Origin: Planctomycetota bacterium
GTDB taxonomy: Bacteria; Planctomycetota; UBA8108; SXIK01
Direction of reading: 5' to 3'
Assembly: GCA_965223845.1 (NCBI GenBank)
Contig: CBDCXR010000004.1
Span: 7,104,001 to 7,168,000 of the forward strand
DNA: 64,000 nt
Part shown: in pieces, positions 30,559 through 40,539 of the stretch
Position numbering within the stretch: the stretch's first letter is position 1
Layout: every line of letters starts with the position of its first letter
Notes under the pieces: model-generated
Database searches by the model: none
The model's input: only the letters and a program-made list of their open reading frames with translations
Told to the model about the DNA's origin: nothing
Program-made: the position numbers and the translations under genes

Positions 30559-31650
30559 CTACCCGCCGCCCGCGTCGATCTTGACTTTGTAGCTCCCGCC
30601 GGCGCCCTGCGGATAGTAGTAGAAGGGCGTGATCGCGAGGTACAGCTTTCCCGCGCCGCTCGCCTTCCCGCGAAAGTTGCTGCCGACGAGAAACGGCTTT
30701 CCCTTGCGGCCGATCTTGCCGATGAGCGAGAGGACGGGAAAGTTCCCGAAGCTCCGGCTCGTCGAGTATTGACTGGCGCCGTCGGGCGTCGCGCTCACGC
30801 TGTAGTTGCTGACGAGCGTCTGACCGGTCGCGCTCACGCGAAGCCTCTGCCCGCGCTCGACGGTGAGTTTCGTATCGAGCCAGTTCCCCGGCGGCTGGAA
30901 GGACGGGGCCACGGTGACTTTCTTCGACGTCGGGCCGACCGAGCGAAACACGATGCCCGCGAGATTGCTCGTGTCCACCGACAAGGTGCCGTAGCGACTC
31001 TGAATCACGAACTGATCCTGAGTCACGCGCCCCTTGATGGTCATTCGAGTGGTGACGATCTCGTCGTCCCGCCCCTGAATGAGCGAGATCTCGTCCTCGG
31101 TCGTCTTCGCGGCCGGCGCTTCCTTCTTCGCTTGGGCGTTGATCGCCTTGAGGATCTCCTTCGCCCGCTTCTTGACCTCTTCGTCGCTCGATTTGGTGGC
31201 TTGCTTCACGGCGTAGATCGCGTGCGCGCCGATTTTCTCCAGTTCTTCGCTCGCCGCGACGCGCGCGTCGAAGTCCTCGGCCCCGAGCTGCGCGATGAAC
31301 TTCTCGATGGCTGCACTGACGTCGGCGGGGATGCGTTCGGCGAATCGGATCTGCACGAGCTCGGTCACGGGTACTTTGAGCTCACCGTACTTCGTAGCGA
31401 CGGCGATGTGCTCGATGTCCGGCTGACCCGCGACCTTGCTCTTGTCGCGAAAGTGAAAATGAGGCTGGGGTCGTTCCTGGCCCTTCGGTTTCTCCGGCGA
31501 GCCGACGCCGCCTCGCGAGGCAGCGGTTTCGTCTTTGGCCGCAACCGGCTCGACGATCTCGAGGACGCGGGCGGCTTCCTGCGCCATCGCGACCGGACCG
31601 CAGAACGAGATGAGGACGACGGCGAGAGTAGAGAGGGGCGTTCGGTCCAT
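30559..31650 (-). CDS. Secreted hypothetical protein: duplicated beta module, HEAT-like repeat, C-terminal LecA/PA-IL-like domain
   Basis: Signal peptide ending AMA-QE; repeats TKYGELKV and SRYGTLSV; IAQLGAEDFDARVAASEELEKIG; WLDTKLTVERGQRLRVSATG...LIGKIG...GKLYLAI. Confidence 0.65.
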   Translation of the reverse strand: MDRTPLSTLAVVLISFCGPVAMAQEAARVLEIVEPVAAKDETAASRGGVGSPEKPKGQERPQPHFHFRDKSKVAGQPDIEHIAVATKYGELKVPVTELVQIRFAERIPADVSAAIEKFIAQLGAEDFDARVAASEELEKIGAHAIYAVKQATKSSDEEVKKRAKEILKAINAQAKKEAPAAKTTEDEISLIQGRDDEIVTTRMTIKGRVTQDQFVIQSRYGTLSVDTSNLAGIVFRSVGPTSKKVTVAPSFQPPGNWLDTKLTVERGQRLRVSATGQTLVSNYSVSATPDGASQYSTSRSFGNFPVLSLIGKIGRKGKPFLVGSNFRGKASGAGKLYLAITPFYYYPQGAGGSYKVKIDAGGG

Positions 31651-31881
31651 CGGGGCCTCGCGGGGATGTAGGGTCGGGGCGGCGCCGCGGGATCGAGCGA
31701 TTCGCTCGCGCCGTCCCTCGACGCCTTCCGCTATCATAGTCGCGCCGCCGCCGGATTTCTCACCGCGTTCTGCGCGTCGGCCGGAGTTCGGGCGTCCCGC
31801 GGCCGGAACTTCGCTGACGTCCGCGTGTTGTGGGGGTGGGCCGGGGCCGGCCGCCGGACTCGAGCGTTCGGCGAAACTGAG

Positions 31882-33114
31882 ATGTCAGTGCCTCGAGGGG
31901 CGCTGCCGGAGATGACCCCGATCCAATCCTCTCGCTCGTTCGTCGTCCTCGGTGCGGGGGTCGTCGGCCTCGCCGTCGCGCGCGAGCTCGCCCGGCGCGG
32001 GGCGAGCGTGCGGCTTCTCGAGCGTGGACGCATCGGCGCGCCGGGCCCAGCGTCGTCCGCGTCTCTCGGCTTGCTCGTTCCGCCGCCGCATCGCCGCTCA
32101 CTCTTTGGACGACTCCTTCGGATCGCGAACGCGGGCTACGAGGAGCTCGCGCGCGAGATCGAAGAAGAATCGGGCTGCCGGGTGGGTTACCACCGGCCCG
32201 GCGGGCTCTATCTCGTCACGGACGAGCCGCCGTCCGGAGAGCGACGCCGTCGCGTCGATGCGTATCGATCTGCCGGCCTCGACGCGCGCTGGGTGGACTC
32301 GGCGGAGCTCGCGGCGAGGCTTCCCGGGGTGTCCGCCGCGTTTTCGGGCGCGCTCCTGCTTCCCGAGGAGGCGATGGTCGATCCCGCATCCCTCCTCGAC
32401 GCGCTCGCGCGGTGTTGCCGGCAGCGCGGGGTCGAGATCGTCGAAGACTGTGGCGAGCTGAGGATCGATCCCTCCGGCGTGGATCGCGTGATCGCCGCGG
32501 AGGGGCGGTCGTGCGGTCTCGATCGCTCGGGAGCTACGCTCATCGTCGCGAGCGGCGCGTGGTCGTCGCGCGTCGTTCCCGACGAGGCAGCCGACTCCGT
32601 TCCGCTCACGCCCGTGCGCGGTCAGGCGATCGAGCTCGCGGTCGATCTCGCGGGCGCGCCCGTCGCGCACTTCGAAGCGACCGACGGGCGCGGCTACTAC
32701 GCGCAGCCGAAGACGGCCGGCGACGGGGCGCGAGCGACGTGGGTCGGAGCTACGACCGAAGAGGTCGGCTTCGACGCGCGTGCGACGGCGGCCGGCGAGG
32801 ATCAGCTCCGCGCGGCGTTTCGTGACCTTTTCCCCGAGCGCCCGCGGGCCGAGTCGGTCCCGCGTCGCGTCTGGGCCGGTCTTCGACCTCGCGCGGACCG
32901 TCGCGGCGGACCGTTCCTCGGACCGCTCCCCGGCCGCGACGACGTTTGGATCCTCGCGGGTCACTACAAGAGCGGGATCGCGCTCGGGCCGCTCACCGCG
33001 CGACTTCTGGCGGAGCGCCTCTGCGGCGAAGCCTGTAGCATCGAGCGGGAGGGAGTGAGCCGCGAGGATCTCGAGCAGCTCGCTCCCGGCGCGGGTCCGA
33101 CGCCGGGCGGCTGA
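31882..33114 (+). CDS. FAD-dependent oxidoreductase (glycine oxidase ThiO/DAO-like)
   Basis: VLGAGVVG, ASGAWS, PVRGQ, VGATTEEVGFD, WAGLRP, GHYKSGIALGP. Alternative start 31912. Confidence 0.85.
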   Translation: MSVPRGALPEMTPIQSSRSFVVLGAGVVGLAVARELARRGASVRLLERGRIGAPGPASSASLGLLVPPPHRRSLFGRLLRIANAGYEELAREIEEESGCRVGYHRPGGLYLVTDEPPSGERRRRVDAYRSAGLDARWVDSAELAARLPGVSAAFSGALLLPEEAMVDPASLLDALARCCRQRGVEIVEDCGELRIDPSGVDRVIAAEGRSCGLDRSGATLIVASGAWSSRVVPDEAADSVPLTPVRGQAIELAVDLAGAPVAHFEATDGRGYYAQPKTAGDGARATWVGATTEEVGFDARATAAGEDQLRAAFRDLFPERPRAESVPRRVWAGLRPRADRRGGPFLGPLPGRDDVWILAGHYKSGIALGPLTARLLAERLCGEACSIEREGVSREDLEQLAPGAGPTPGG

Positions 33115-33376
33115 CGCGCGAGAATCCCGCTAAGAACCGGACGGGCTGGGTCGTCTACCTCAATGCTCGGCGGGTCGCGGCCGGGCCGACGCGGCTCGCC
33201 CGGACTCGCACGCGACTCAGTGAGCGGAGCGGCGAGCCACGGGAAGTCGACAACGGACGTGGAGACGGCGCCCGCACCGACTGAGGGCGCGCGTTGCGCA
33301 CGGTGAGAATCGGGGTGGCGAGCCTCCTACTACGCCACCGGATGTCAGGGCTCGACGAGACGAGGTCGAGGCGGAA

Positions 33377-34084
33377 ATGAAGCGAGCACAGAAATGGTGC
33401 GTCGCGCTCGGCGTTGCGGCGACCGTGATCGTCCTGACGTTCGTCGCCCTGAGCGATGTCATCTTCGTCCAGTACTATCTCTACGAGCTGCGCTCGGGCT
33501 CCGCCGAGGAGTTTCGACGGCGGCTCGACAGCACCCCGGGAACGCCGGAGCGCGAGGCGATCGAACGATTCGTCGCGACGCCTCCCGGACGAGAGCGACT
33601 CCTCGCGCTCATCGTCAACGAGCTGAGCGGCTCTCTGAATCGGCGTCGCCCTCGGGCCCGGGGATCGACACCGCTCTCGATCGGCGATCTCGACTACGCG
33701 CTCTGCGGAATGCGCTATCGAGCCGAGAAGGGTGAGTGGTATCTCTGGGCGGACATGCGATGGCCCGACACGCGCTTCCGCGGATCCTTGGCGGCGCTCT
33801 CACCGTCGTTTGCGAGCGGCGAGGTGGTTTCGAAGCTGACCGACGTGATGTGCCGAGAGGCCGCGCCGGGAACGGAGGTGCGCGTGCCCGAGTACGCGGG
33901 CGCCGTGTTCAAGCTCGAGTCGTTCGAGACGGGGCTCGAGGCGTACGAGGCGATTCTCGGTGCGGGCGGAACCTCGATCGAAAGCACGGCGTACTGGTAC
34001 GAGACGCTCAGCGATTGGCGCGAGCTCCTCGATTCCGGTGCGCTCCTTCCGTGGGTCATTCGTATCGAGAAGGTCGCGAAGTGA
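33377..34084 (+). CDS. Hypothetical protein with N-terminal membrane anchor
   Basis: GAGG ribosome-binding site; hydrophobic N-terminal helix; codon usage matches neighbours. Confidence 0.7.
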   Translation: MKRAQKWCVALGVAATVIVLTFVALSDVIFVQYYLYELRSGSAEEFRRRLDSTPGTPEREAIERFVATPPGRERLLALIVNELSGSLNRRRPRARGSTPLSIGDLDYALCGMRYRAEKGEWYLWADMRWPDTRFRGSLAALSPSFASGEVVSKLTDVMCREAAPGTEVRVPEYAGAVFKLESFETGLEAYEAILGAGGTSIESTAYWYETLSDWRELLDSGALLPWVIRIEKVAK

Positions 34085-34126
34085 GAGGGCTCCGTCCGTA
34101 AGCGACGATGTGGTAGAACGTCGTCC

Positions 34127-35842
34127 ATGATGCGTCGCCCCCGTCCGAGTCCGACTTCCATCGCGTTCTTGAGCGTGATGTTCGGCGCGATGGTTCCCGG
34201 CTGTACCGAGCGCTCGTCGCCAACCGGCGCGCCGGCATCCGCACCAGCGCTTCGGTTTATCGATCGGGCGTCGCCGACGGGAATCGACTTTCGCCAGGTG
34301 TGTGGTGGATCCGAGAAGGACTACATCGTCGAAGTGAACGGGGCGGGTGTCGCCCTCTTCGACTACGACTCGGACGGGGATCTCGACCTCTTCTTCGTGA
34401 ACGGAGCGCGGCTCGATCCCCGCCCGAACGAGCCGCCGCCGCGCGATCGTCTCTACCGAAACGACGGCGCGTGGAAATTCACCGACGTCACGGACGAGGC
34501 CGGGATCGACGAGTCGGCGTGGGGCTGCGGCGTGACCGTCGCCGACATCGAGAACGACGGCGATTTCGATCTCTACGTGACGAACCTCGGTCCCGACGAG
34601 CTCTGGGTGAATCAGGGCAACGGCACGTTCCGGGCGGAGGGCGCGGCGAGAGGAGCAGCGGATCCCCGCTGGGGCGCGAGCGCGACCTTCCTCGATTACG
34701 ATCGCGATGGCTTCGTCGATCTCTTCGTCGTCAACTACCTCGTCTTCGATCGGAAGACGACGAAGCCGCGGGGTCCCGAGTCCTGCCAATACAAGGGGCA
34801 GCAGATCCTCTGCGGTCCGGTCGGATTTCCTCGCGAGTCCTGTACGCTCTACCGAAACACGGGAGACGGCCGATTCGAAGACGCGAGCGAGCGCGCGGGA
34901 ATTCGTGTTGCGAAGGGCTGCTACGGTCTCGGCGTCGTCACCTGCGACTACGATCGCGACGGCTGGACCGACATCTACGTGAGCTCCGATACGACGGACA
35001 ATCTCCTCTTTCACAATCTCGCGGGCGAGCGGTTCGAGGAGGTCGGAATCGAGACCGGCGTCGCGCGAAACGATCACGCCCTCCAGCAGGCCGGAATGGG
35101 CGTCGACTTCGGCTTTGTCCGAGACGCCGAGCTCGAGGATCTCATCGTCGTCAACTACGAGGACGACACGAACACGTACTATCGCGCCGACCCGGAAGGG
35201 TATTTTTTCGACGCGACGACGGTCTCCGGGATCGGCTGCTTCAAGCACCTCGGCTGGGGCGCGTTCTTCGCCGATTTCGACCTCGACGGGCATCTCGACG
35301 TCTACATCGCGCAGGGGCACGTCGTTCCGCAGGTCGACCGCGTCCCGACGAGCCCTGGGTATCGTCAGGCCGATCGCCTCTTCCTCGGGAACGGTGACGC
35401 GACGTTCCGCGACGTCTCCGGCGAGGTCGGACCGGGTCTAGAGATCAAAAAGTCCTCGCGCGGCGCGGCGGCGGGCGATCTCGACGGGGACGGCGACCTC
35501 GACGTCGTCGTGAGTGCGATCGACGAGGGCCCGGTCGTCCTCGAGTCCACCGGTTCGCCGCGCGGGCACTGGCTCGGCGTGCGGCTGCGAGGGACGCGGT
35601 CGAACCGCGCGGGGATCGACGCGGTCGTACGCGTCGAAGCGGGCGGCCGCGTGCAGGCGCGCCGCGTGCGCGCGGCCAGCAGCTACGCGTCGCACGCAGA
35701 GCTCACGCAGCGCTTCGGACTCGGGAGCTCCGCGACCGTCGACCGGCTCGAGGTCGCGTGGCCCGGAGGCGCGATCGAGCGGTTCGACGTTCCGGGGCTG
35801 AACCGGGTCGTCGACCTCGTCGAGGGAGAGGGGCGAGAGTAA
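34127..35842 (+). CDS. CRTAC1/ASPIC-UnbV family FG-GAP repeat protein (probable lipoprotein)
   Basis: Repeated DYDxDGxxDL motifs; SSRGAAAGDLDGDGDLD; C-terminal RFGLG...LEVAWP; lipobox-like VPGC. Confidence 0.9.
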   Translation: MMRRPRPSPTSIAFLSVMFGAMVPGCTERSSPTGAPASAPALRFIDRASPTGIDFRQVCGGSEKDYIVEVNGAGVALFDYDSDGDLDLFFVNGARLDPRPNEPPPRDRLYRNDGAWKFTDVTDEAGIDESAWGCGVTVADIENDGDFDLYVTNLGPDELWVNQGNGTFRAEGAARGAADPRWGASATFLDYDRDGFVDLFVVNYLVFDRKTTKPRGPESCQYKGQQILCGPVGFPRESCTLYRNTGDGRFEDASERAGIRVAKGCYGLGVVTCDYDRDGWTDIYVSSDTTDNLLFHNLAGERFEEVGIETGVARNDHALQQAGMGVDFGFVRDAELEDLIVVNYEDDTNTYYRADPEGYFFDATTVSGIGCFKHLGWGAFFADFDLDGHLDVYIAQGHVVPQVDRVPTSPGYRQADRLFLGNGDATFRDVSGEVGPGLEIKKSSRGAAAGDLDGDGDLDVVVSAIDEGPVVLESTGSPRGHWLGVRLRGTRSNRAGIDAVVRVEAGGRVQARRVRAASSYASHAELTQRFGLGSSATVDRLEVAWPGGAIERFDVPGLNRVVDLVEGEGRE

Positions 35843-35983
35843 CTCCGACTCGACGCTCTGCTCGCGAGCAAGAATTCCTCGCCGGCTCAACGTTCGGTGA
35901 CGTCACGAGCTTGAACTTCCCCGGCAAATCGCCGATTCTCCGCAGTCGCGCTTGCTGTGAGCTAGTCTGAGGAGGACTCACCA

Positions 35984-37405
35984 TTGCCCGAGGAAAACCC
36001 GATCGGCGACAACCCTCTTGGCCAGGAAGCCGTCGGACCTCTTGGCCAGGAAGCCGTCGGACCGCAGATTCCCCGCACCGAGTTCTTCGAATCGGCCGAG
36101 TCGCTCCCGGTCGGCCCGCGCGCGACGCGATCCGACGAAGTGTTCGAGTCGGTCGTCGAGCTGTTCACCCGGGCGAACGTCGGGGAATCCGCCGCCGAAT
36201 GGCTCGCGCACGGCGCACTCTTCCTTCTTCTGATCGTTCTCTCCATCGTCGTTCACTTCGTCGCGAAGCGCGTCCTCCTGCGCGCGGTTCGGACGCTCAT
36301 CAGCCGGAGCCGCGCAAAGTGGGACGATCTCCTCGTCGAGGCGAAGGTGTTCGATCGCCTCGCGCAGTTCGCGCCCGCGCTCGTCGTCTACTCCGCGGCG
36401 GGGATCGTCTTCGCCGGCTGGCCTCACATCATCACGCTCGTCTCGCGGGTGAGCCTTGGCTACATGGTTCTCCTCGGCGCGCGCGTGATCGCGGCGACAC
36501 TCGACGCGTTCGTCTACGTCTATCGCACATTCGACGTCTCGAAGAACCGTCCGATGAAGGGATTCGCTCAAGTGGCGAAGATCTTCGTCACTCTGATCGC
36601 GGGCATCGTGATTCTCGGGATCCTCATGGACCAGTCCCCCTGGGGGCTCCTGAGCGGCCTCGGCGCGATGACGGCGATCATTCTCCTCGTGTTCAAGGAT
36701 TCGATCCTGGGGTTCGTCGCCGGAATCCATCTCACCGCGAACAACATGGTGCGGCTCGGCGACTGGATCGAGATGCCGCGGTTCAACGCGGACGGCGACG
36801 TGATCGACATCTCCCTCACGACGGTGAAAGTGCAGAACTGGGACAAGACGATCTCGACGATTCCGACCTACGCGCTGATCTCCGATTCGTTCAAGAACTG
36901 GCGTGGGATGGAGGAGTCCACCGGACGGCGAGTGAAGCGAGCGATTCGCATCGACATGAACTCCGTCCGATTCTGCGACGAGGCGATGCTCGAGCGCTTT
37001 CGAAAGCTCGAACTCCTCTCCGATTACGTGGCGGAGAAGGAGCGTGAGATCGAGGAGTACAACGCCGAGCGCTCGGTCGATCCGGTGAGCCTCGCGAACG
37101 GCCGCCGGATGACGAACCTCGGCACGTTTCGCCGGTACACGCTCGAGTACGTCCGGCGGCACGCGAAGATCAACGGCGACATGACGCTCCTCGTCCGCCA
37201 CCTCGCGCCGACATCGCAGGGGCTTCCGATCGAGATCTACGCGTTTTCGACGGACAAGCGCTGGGTGGAGTACGAGGACGTCCAGGCCGACATCTTCGAC
37301 CATCTTCTGGCGGCGCTGCCGGAGTTCGACCTGCGCGTCTTCCAGGAGCCCTGCGGGTCCGACGTCGAGCGCGCGATCGCGGAGCTCGCCGGCGGCCGCG
37401 AGTAG
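35984..37405 (+). CDS. Small-conductance mechanosensitive channel (MscS family, YbdG-like)
   Basis: LGDWIEMP...ADGDVIDISLTTVKVQNWDKTI, FKNWRGM, TNLGTFR, GLPIEIY; GGAGG before the TTG start. Confidence 0.93.
   Translation: MPEENPIGDNPLGQEAVGPLGQEAVGPQIPRTEFFESAESLPVGPRATRSDEVFESVVELFTRANVGESAAEWLAHGALFLLLIVLSIVVHFVAKRVLLRAVRTLISRSRAKWDDLLVEAKVFDRLAQFAPALVVYSAAGIVFAGWPHIITLVSRVSLGYMVLLGARVIAATLDAFVYVYRTFDVSKNRPMKGFAQVAKIFVTLIAGIVILGILMDQSPWGLLSGLGAMTAIILLVFKDSILGFVAGIHLTANNMVRLGDWIEMPRFNADGDVIDISLTTVKVQNWDKTISTIPTYALISDSFKNWRGMEESTGRRVKRAIRIDMNSVRFCDEAMLERFRKLELLSDYVAEKEREIEEYNAERSVDPVSLANGRRMTNLGTFRRYTLEYVRRHAKINGDMTLLVRHLAPTSQGLPIEIYAFSTDKRWVEYEDVQADIFDHLLAALPEFDLRVFQEPCGSDVERAIAELAGGRE
36014..36063 (+). 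repeat. 24-bp perfect tandem duplication in the 5' end of the MscS gene
   Basis: CCTCTTGGCCAGGAAGCCGTCGGA twice, encoding PLGQEAVG twice. Confidence 0.95.
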
Positions 37406-37417
37406 CCCCCGGCGTCG

Positions 37418-37765
37418 CTACTTACTGAACGCCTCGCCGACCCAGTTGAACTCGGGCTGCGTATAGACGGAGATGTCGCCATTCACCTTCGTCTGGCACG
37501 AGAGGCGAACCTCGTCCTCGCAGCCGATGTTGAAGAAGCCGAGCGCCGTGCGGCACTTCTCGAGGACATTCGGCCGCTGCGTGTTCTCCATCCCCTCCTT
37601 GATAAGCACGCGACACGACGCGCACTGACCGAGACCGCGGCAGTTGAGGTGCTTGTGGATCCCGGGATAAAGCTCGATTCCCGCACCGAGCGCTGCTTTG
37701 CGCAGGTTCGTGCCGGCGGGGACCTCGATTTCTTTGTTCTCCCGGATAAATGTGATCTTGGGCAT
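37418..37765 (-). CDS. 2Fe-2S ferredoxin
   Basis: NCRGLGQCASC...RLSCQ. Confidence 0.9.
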   Translation of the reverse strand: MPKITFIRENKEIEVPAGTNLRKAALGAGIELYPGIHKHLNCRGLGQCASCRVLIKEGMENTQRPNVLEKCRTALGFFNIGCEDEVRLSCQTKVNGDISVYTQPEFNWVGEAFSK

Positions 37766-37929
37766 GGTGATCTCGGGCTGAACGAAGGGATCGGATGCGC
37801 TCGGCGGAGCGCTCTCTCCGGGCGCGACATTGTAGCAGGGGCCGAAGGTCGTTCAATGGGCCCCTCGACGCGGCGAGTCGTCGCGCCGTCAAAGCGATCC
37901 AAGAGCGGCGGGTGACGTACCCGTCGCGG

Positions 37930-38880
37930 TCAGGGGTCGAGCTCGCGCATCGCGCGCTCGAACTGCTCCTCGTACTCTTCTTCGGTGATCGCGCCGTCCT
38001 CACGCAGCCGTTTGAGGAGCGCGAGCCGGTTCTTCAGCCGAGCGTACTCGCTGTCGTCCGCCGGTTCGGTCGGAACGGGCGGAGGAGCGGGGGCCACGCT
38101 CGGCGCGGCGATCGCCGGCTCCGGCTTCGGCGCGACCGGGTCGTCGGGTGCCGCCCCAGCCGGCGGGCTGGACGTCGGAGTCGCGACGGCCTCCGCCACC
38201 GGGGGCCTCAGCGCCGCGATGTCGATCTCCAGCCAGCGAGCGAAGCGCTTCCCCGTTTTCGGATCGACGTGGAGACGGGATCCGGGGAACGGGATCAATG
38301 GATCGTCCGTCCCCTGGTCGGACGTCGGTTCGACGTGGAAGGACACGTCCTCGGGGGATCCGTTGTCGCCGATGACGACCTTGTCGACGATCCGATCGAA
38401 CGCGACCTCGAGCTGGCCGTCCGTCTCCATGAAGACCACTCCCGAAATCGCCTTCGGGCCGGTGAGCGACGAGTGCCAGCGACTGCGCATGACGAGAAAG
38501 CGAAGCCGCGTATCCGGCTCGAGAGTGCGGAGAGCGAGCGCGATCGGCTCGCTGAACCGCGCGACCTCTTCGGCGGTGAAGATCAAGCGGTCCTCGGAGC
38601 TTCCGAAGAGTGGGTCGCTTCGAAACGCCAGTTGAGCGAGGATCCCCGCGGCTTTTTCGCCCGGGAGGTGGATGGGGTGGCGGAGGTCGAGTGGCGTCTC
38701 GGGCGGCCGGAGGGATTCGCGGTAGAGCGTGAGGCCGTCCCGCGAGAACATGACCTCCCGGTCCCACGGCGTCAGTTTGCAGCCGCTCGCGGTCGCGCAG
38801 ACGACGGCGAGGAGGACCGGACCGCGGAGAGATCGGGCGGTCCAGATTCGCGGGCGAGTGCGGGACGCGCAATTCGGCAT
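37930..38880 (-). CDS. Hypothetical lipoprotein with Pro-rich linker and C-terminal SHOCT domain
   Basis: Lipobox-like ASGC; C-terminal RLALLKRLREDGAITEEEYEE. Confidence 0.75.
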   Translation of the reverse strand: MPNCASRTRPRIWTARSLRGPVLLAVVCATASGCKLTPWDREVMFSRDGLTLYRESLRPPETPLDLRHPIHLPGEKAAGILAQLAFRSDPLFGSSEDRLIFTAEEVARFSEPIALALRTLEPDTRLRFLVMRSRWHSSLTGPKAISGVVFMETDGQLEVAFDRIVDKVVIGDNGSPEDVSFHVEPTSDQGTDDPLIPFPGSRLHVDPKTGKRFARWLEIDIAALRPPVAEAVATPTSSPPAGAAPDDPVAPKPEPAIAAPSVAPAPPPVPTEPADDSEYARLKNRLALLKRLREDGAITEEEYEEQFERAMRELDP

Positions 38881-39264
38881 GATGTTCGACCTCTCGATCG
38901 CGAGGGGAAAACGGACTCGGCGCCTCACCCCGGCGGAGGCGCGCTCGGAAGTCGATACGTATGCCAGCTTCGCGCCCGCGGATCAACGCCGGACGTGCGT
39001 CTCGAGTCGAAGCTCGCCTCGGCGGCCGAAGTCGGGGCCGTCGCGGTATGACGGGAAGCGCGTTTGGAGCACACGGCGAATCAGGGCGGCGAGCGGCCGA
39101 TGCTCAGCGTCCCGTTAGGGGGCGTTCCTCGACCAACCTCGCGCCCTCGCCGGATCCATGGTCGAACTCGAGTCTAGACCAGATCCCGCGTCGACGCAGG
39201 ATTCCGAGTCGCCCGCCGTCATCCGTCGATGCCCGGGCGGCGCTCGTAGTACCATGGCTGGATC

Positions 39265-40539
39265 ATGACTGAGCTTTCCCGACGACAGTTCCTCGTTCAG
39301 TCGGCCGGCGTTGCCGGCGTCGGACTCGGACTCTCGAATCGGAGTGCCGCCGATGCGGGGCCGATTCCGCGCGGGACGCTGCGGCTCGGCTTTATCGGCC
39401 TCGGCGACCGCGGGCGCTATCTGCTCGAGTCGGTTCTCCGAATGGAGTCCGTACCCGCGACGGGCGCGATCGGAGACGACGCGCCGCGGATCGAGATCAA
39501 CGCTCTCTGTGATGTGAATCCGCAGCGACTCCGCGGGGCGCTCGACGCGGTCGATGCCGTCGAGGCGGGAAGCGTACGACCGGGACCCGCCCCGTCGCGG
39601 CGCCTTCGGCAGCGTCCGACGCCGTCGTCGAGCTCGTCCCGTCCGCTGAGCGCCGCCGGCGCCCGCGTCCGGGGCTACACGAACTACCGCGCGCTCCTCG
39701 ACGCTCCCGATGTCGATGCCGTCGTCATCGCGACGCCGGTGTATCTTCACGCGGAGCAGGCCGTGACCTCCCTCTACGCGGGAAAGCACGTCTACCTCGA
39801 AAAGCCGCTCGCGGCGACGATCGGTGATTGTCGTGCGATTCGACAGGCCGCGCTCGACGCCGCGGCTCGAGGTGTCGTCTTCCAGGTTGGACTCCAGCGC
39901 CGCTACAACCCGCGCTACCGCGCGAGCATCGACCATCTCGCGTCGGGCGCGCTCGGCCGGCCGCTCTTCGTGCGCGCGCAGTGGCACGCCGCGGGGAACT
40001 CACCGAAGGACAAGCCTTGGCTCTACCGGCGGGAGCGCTCGGGCGACATCGTCGTCGAGCAGGCGACGCACCAGTTCGATCTGTTCAATTGGGCGCTCGG
40101 CGGCGTACCCGCGCGGGTCTCCGGATTCGGCGGCACGCACCGCGATCAAAGCGCCCTGCCCGGTCGCGACACGATGGATCACTACGGACTCGTGCTCGAG
40201 TATCCCGGCGGTGCGAAGGTCAGCTTGACGCATCTCACTTACGCGATTCCCGATCGCAGGTTTTCGGGGATCTACGAGATCGTGTTCGCCGAGCGCGGGG
40301 GTGTCGACCTCGGTGCGGCGCGGGTCTGGCCGCGCGACGGCAAGGCGCGCGCGCTCGACGCGGCGAGTGGGAGCGACACTCCACTTGCCATCGGTGGATT
40401 CGCGGCGGCCGCGCTCGCGCAGGTGCGGCCGGTGGCGGACATCGACGTCGGCTACCGAGCGAACGTCGTCGCTCTGATGTGCCGGCGAGCGCTCGAGACC
40501 GGGCGGCCGGTGACGTGGGGCGAGGTCGAGACGGCTTGA
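39265..40539 (+). CDS. Gfo/Idh/MocA family oxidoreductase with Tat signal
   Basis: SRRQFL leader; GFIGLGDRG; HVYLEKP; QVGLQRR; EQATHQFD. Confidence 0.9.
   Translation: MTELSRRQFLVQSAGVAGVGLGLSNRSAADAGPIPRGTLRLGFIGLGDRGRYLLESVLRMESVPATGAIGDDAPRIEINALCDVNPQRLRGALDAVDAVEAGSVRPGPAPSRRLRQRPTPSSSSSRPLSAAGARVRGYTNYRALLDAPDVDAVVIATPVYLHAEQAVTSLYAGKHVYLEKPLAATIGDCRAIRQAALDAAARGVVFQVGLQRRYNPRYRASIDHLASGALGRPLFVRAQWHAAGNSPKDKPWLYRRERSGDIVVEQATHQFDLFNWALGGVPARVSGFGGTHRDQSALPGRDTMDHYGLVLEYPGGAKVSLTHLTYAIPDRRFSGIYEIVFAERGGVDLGAARVWPRDGKARALDAASGSDTPLAIGGFAAAALAQVRPVADIDVGYRANVVALMCRRALETGRPVTWGEVETA

Noticed and set aside
33115-33376. Cobalamin riboswitch or ECF promoter in the intergenic region
   Set aside because: Only fragments are present (GCCACGGGAAG, GGTGAGAATC) and not in the correct order; the GAAC-CGTCTA spacing of 14 nt is too short for a typical ECF promoter.
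36014-36063. CRISPR mini-array
   Set aside because: The repeats are directly adjacent with no spacer, in frame within a CDS, and there are no cas genes.
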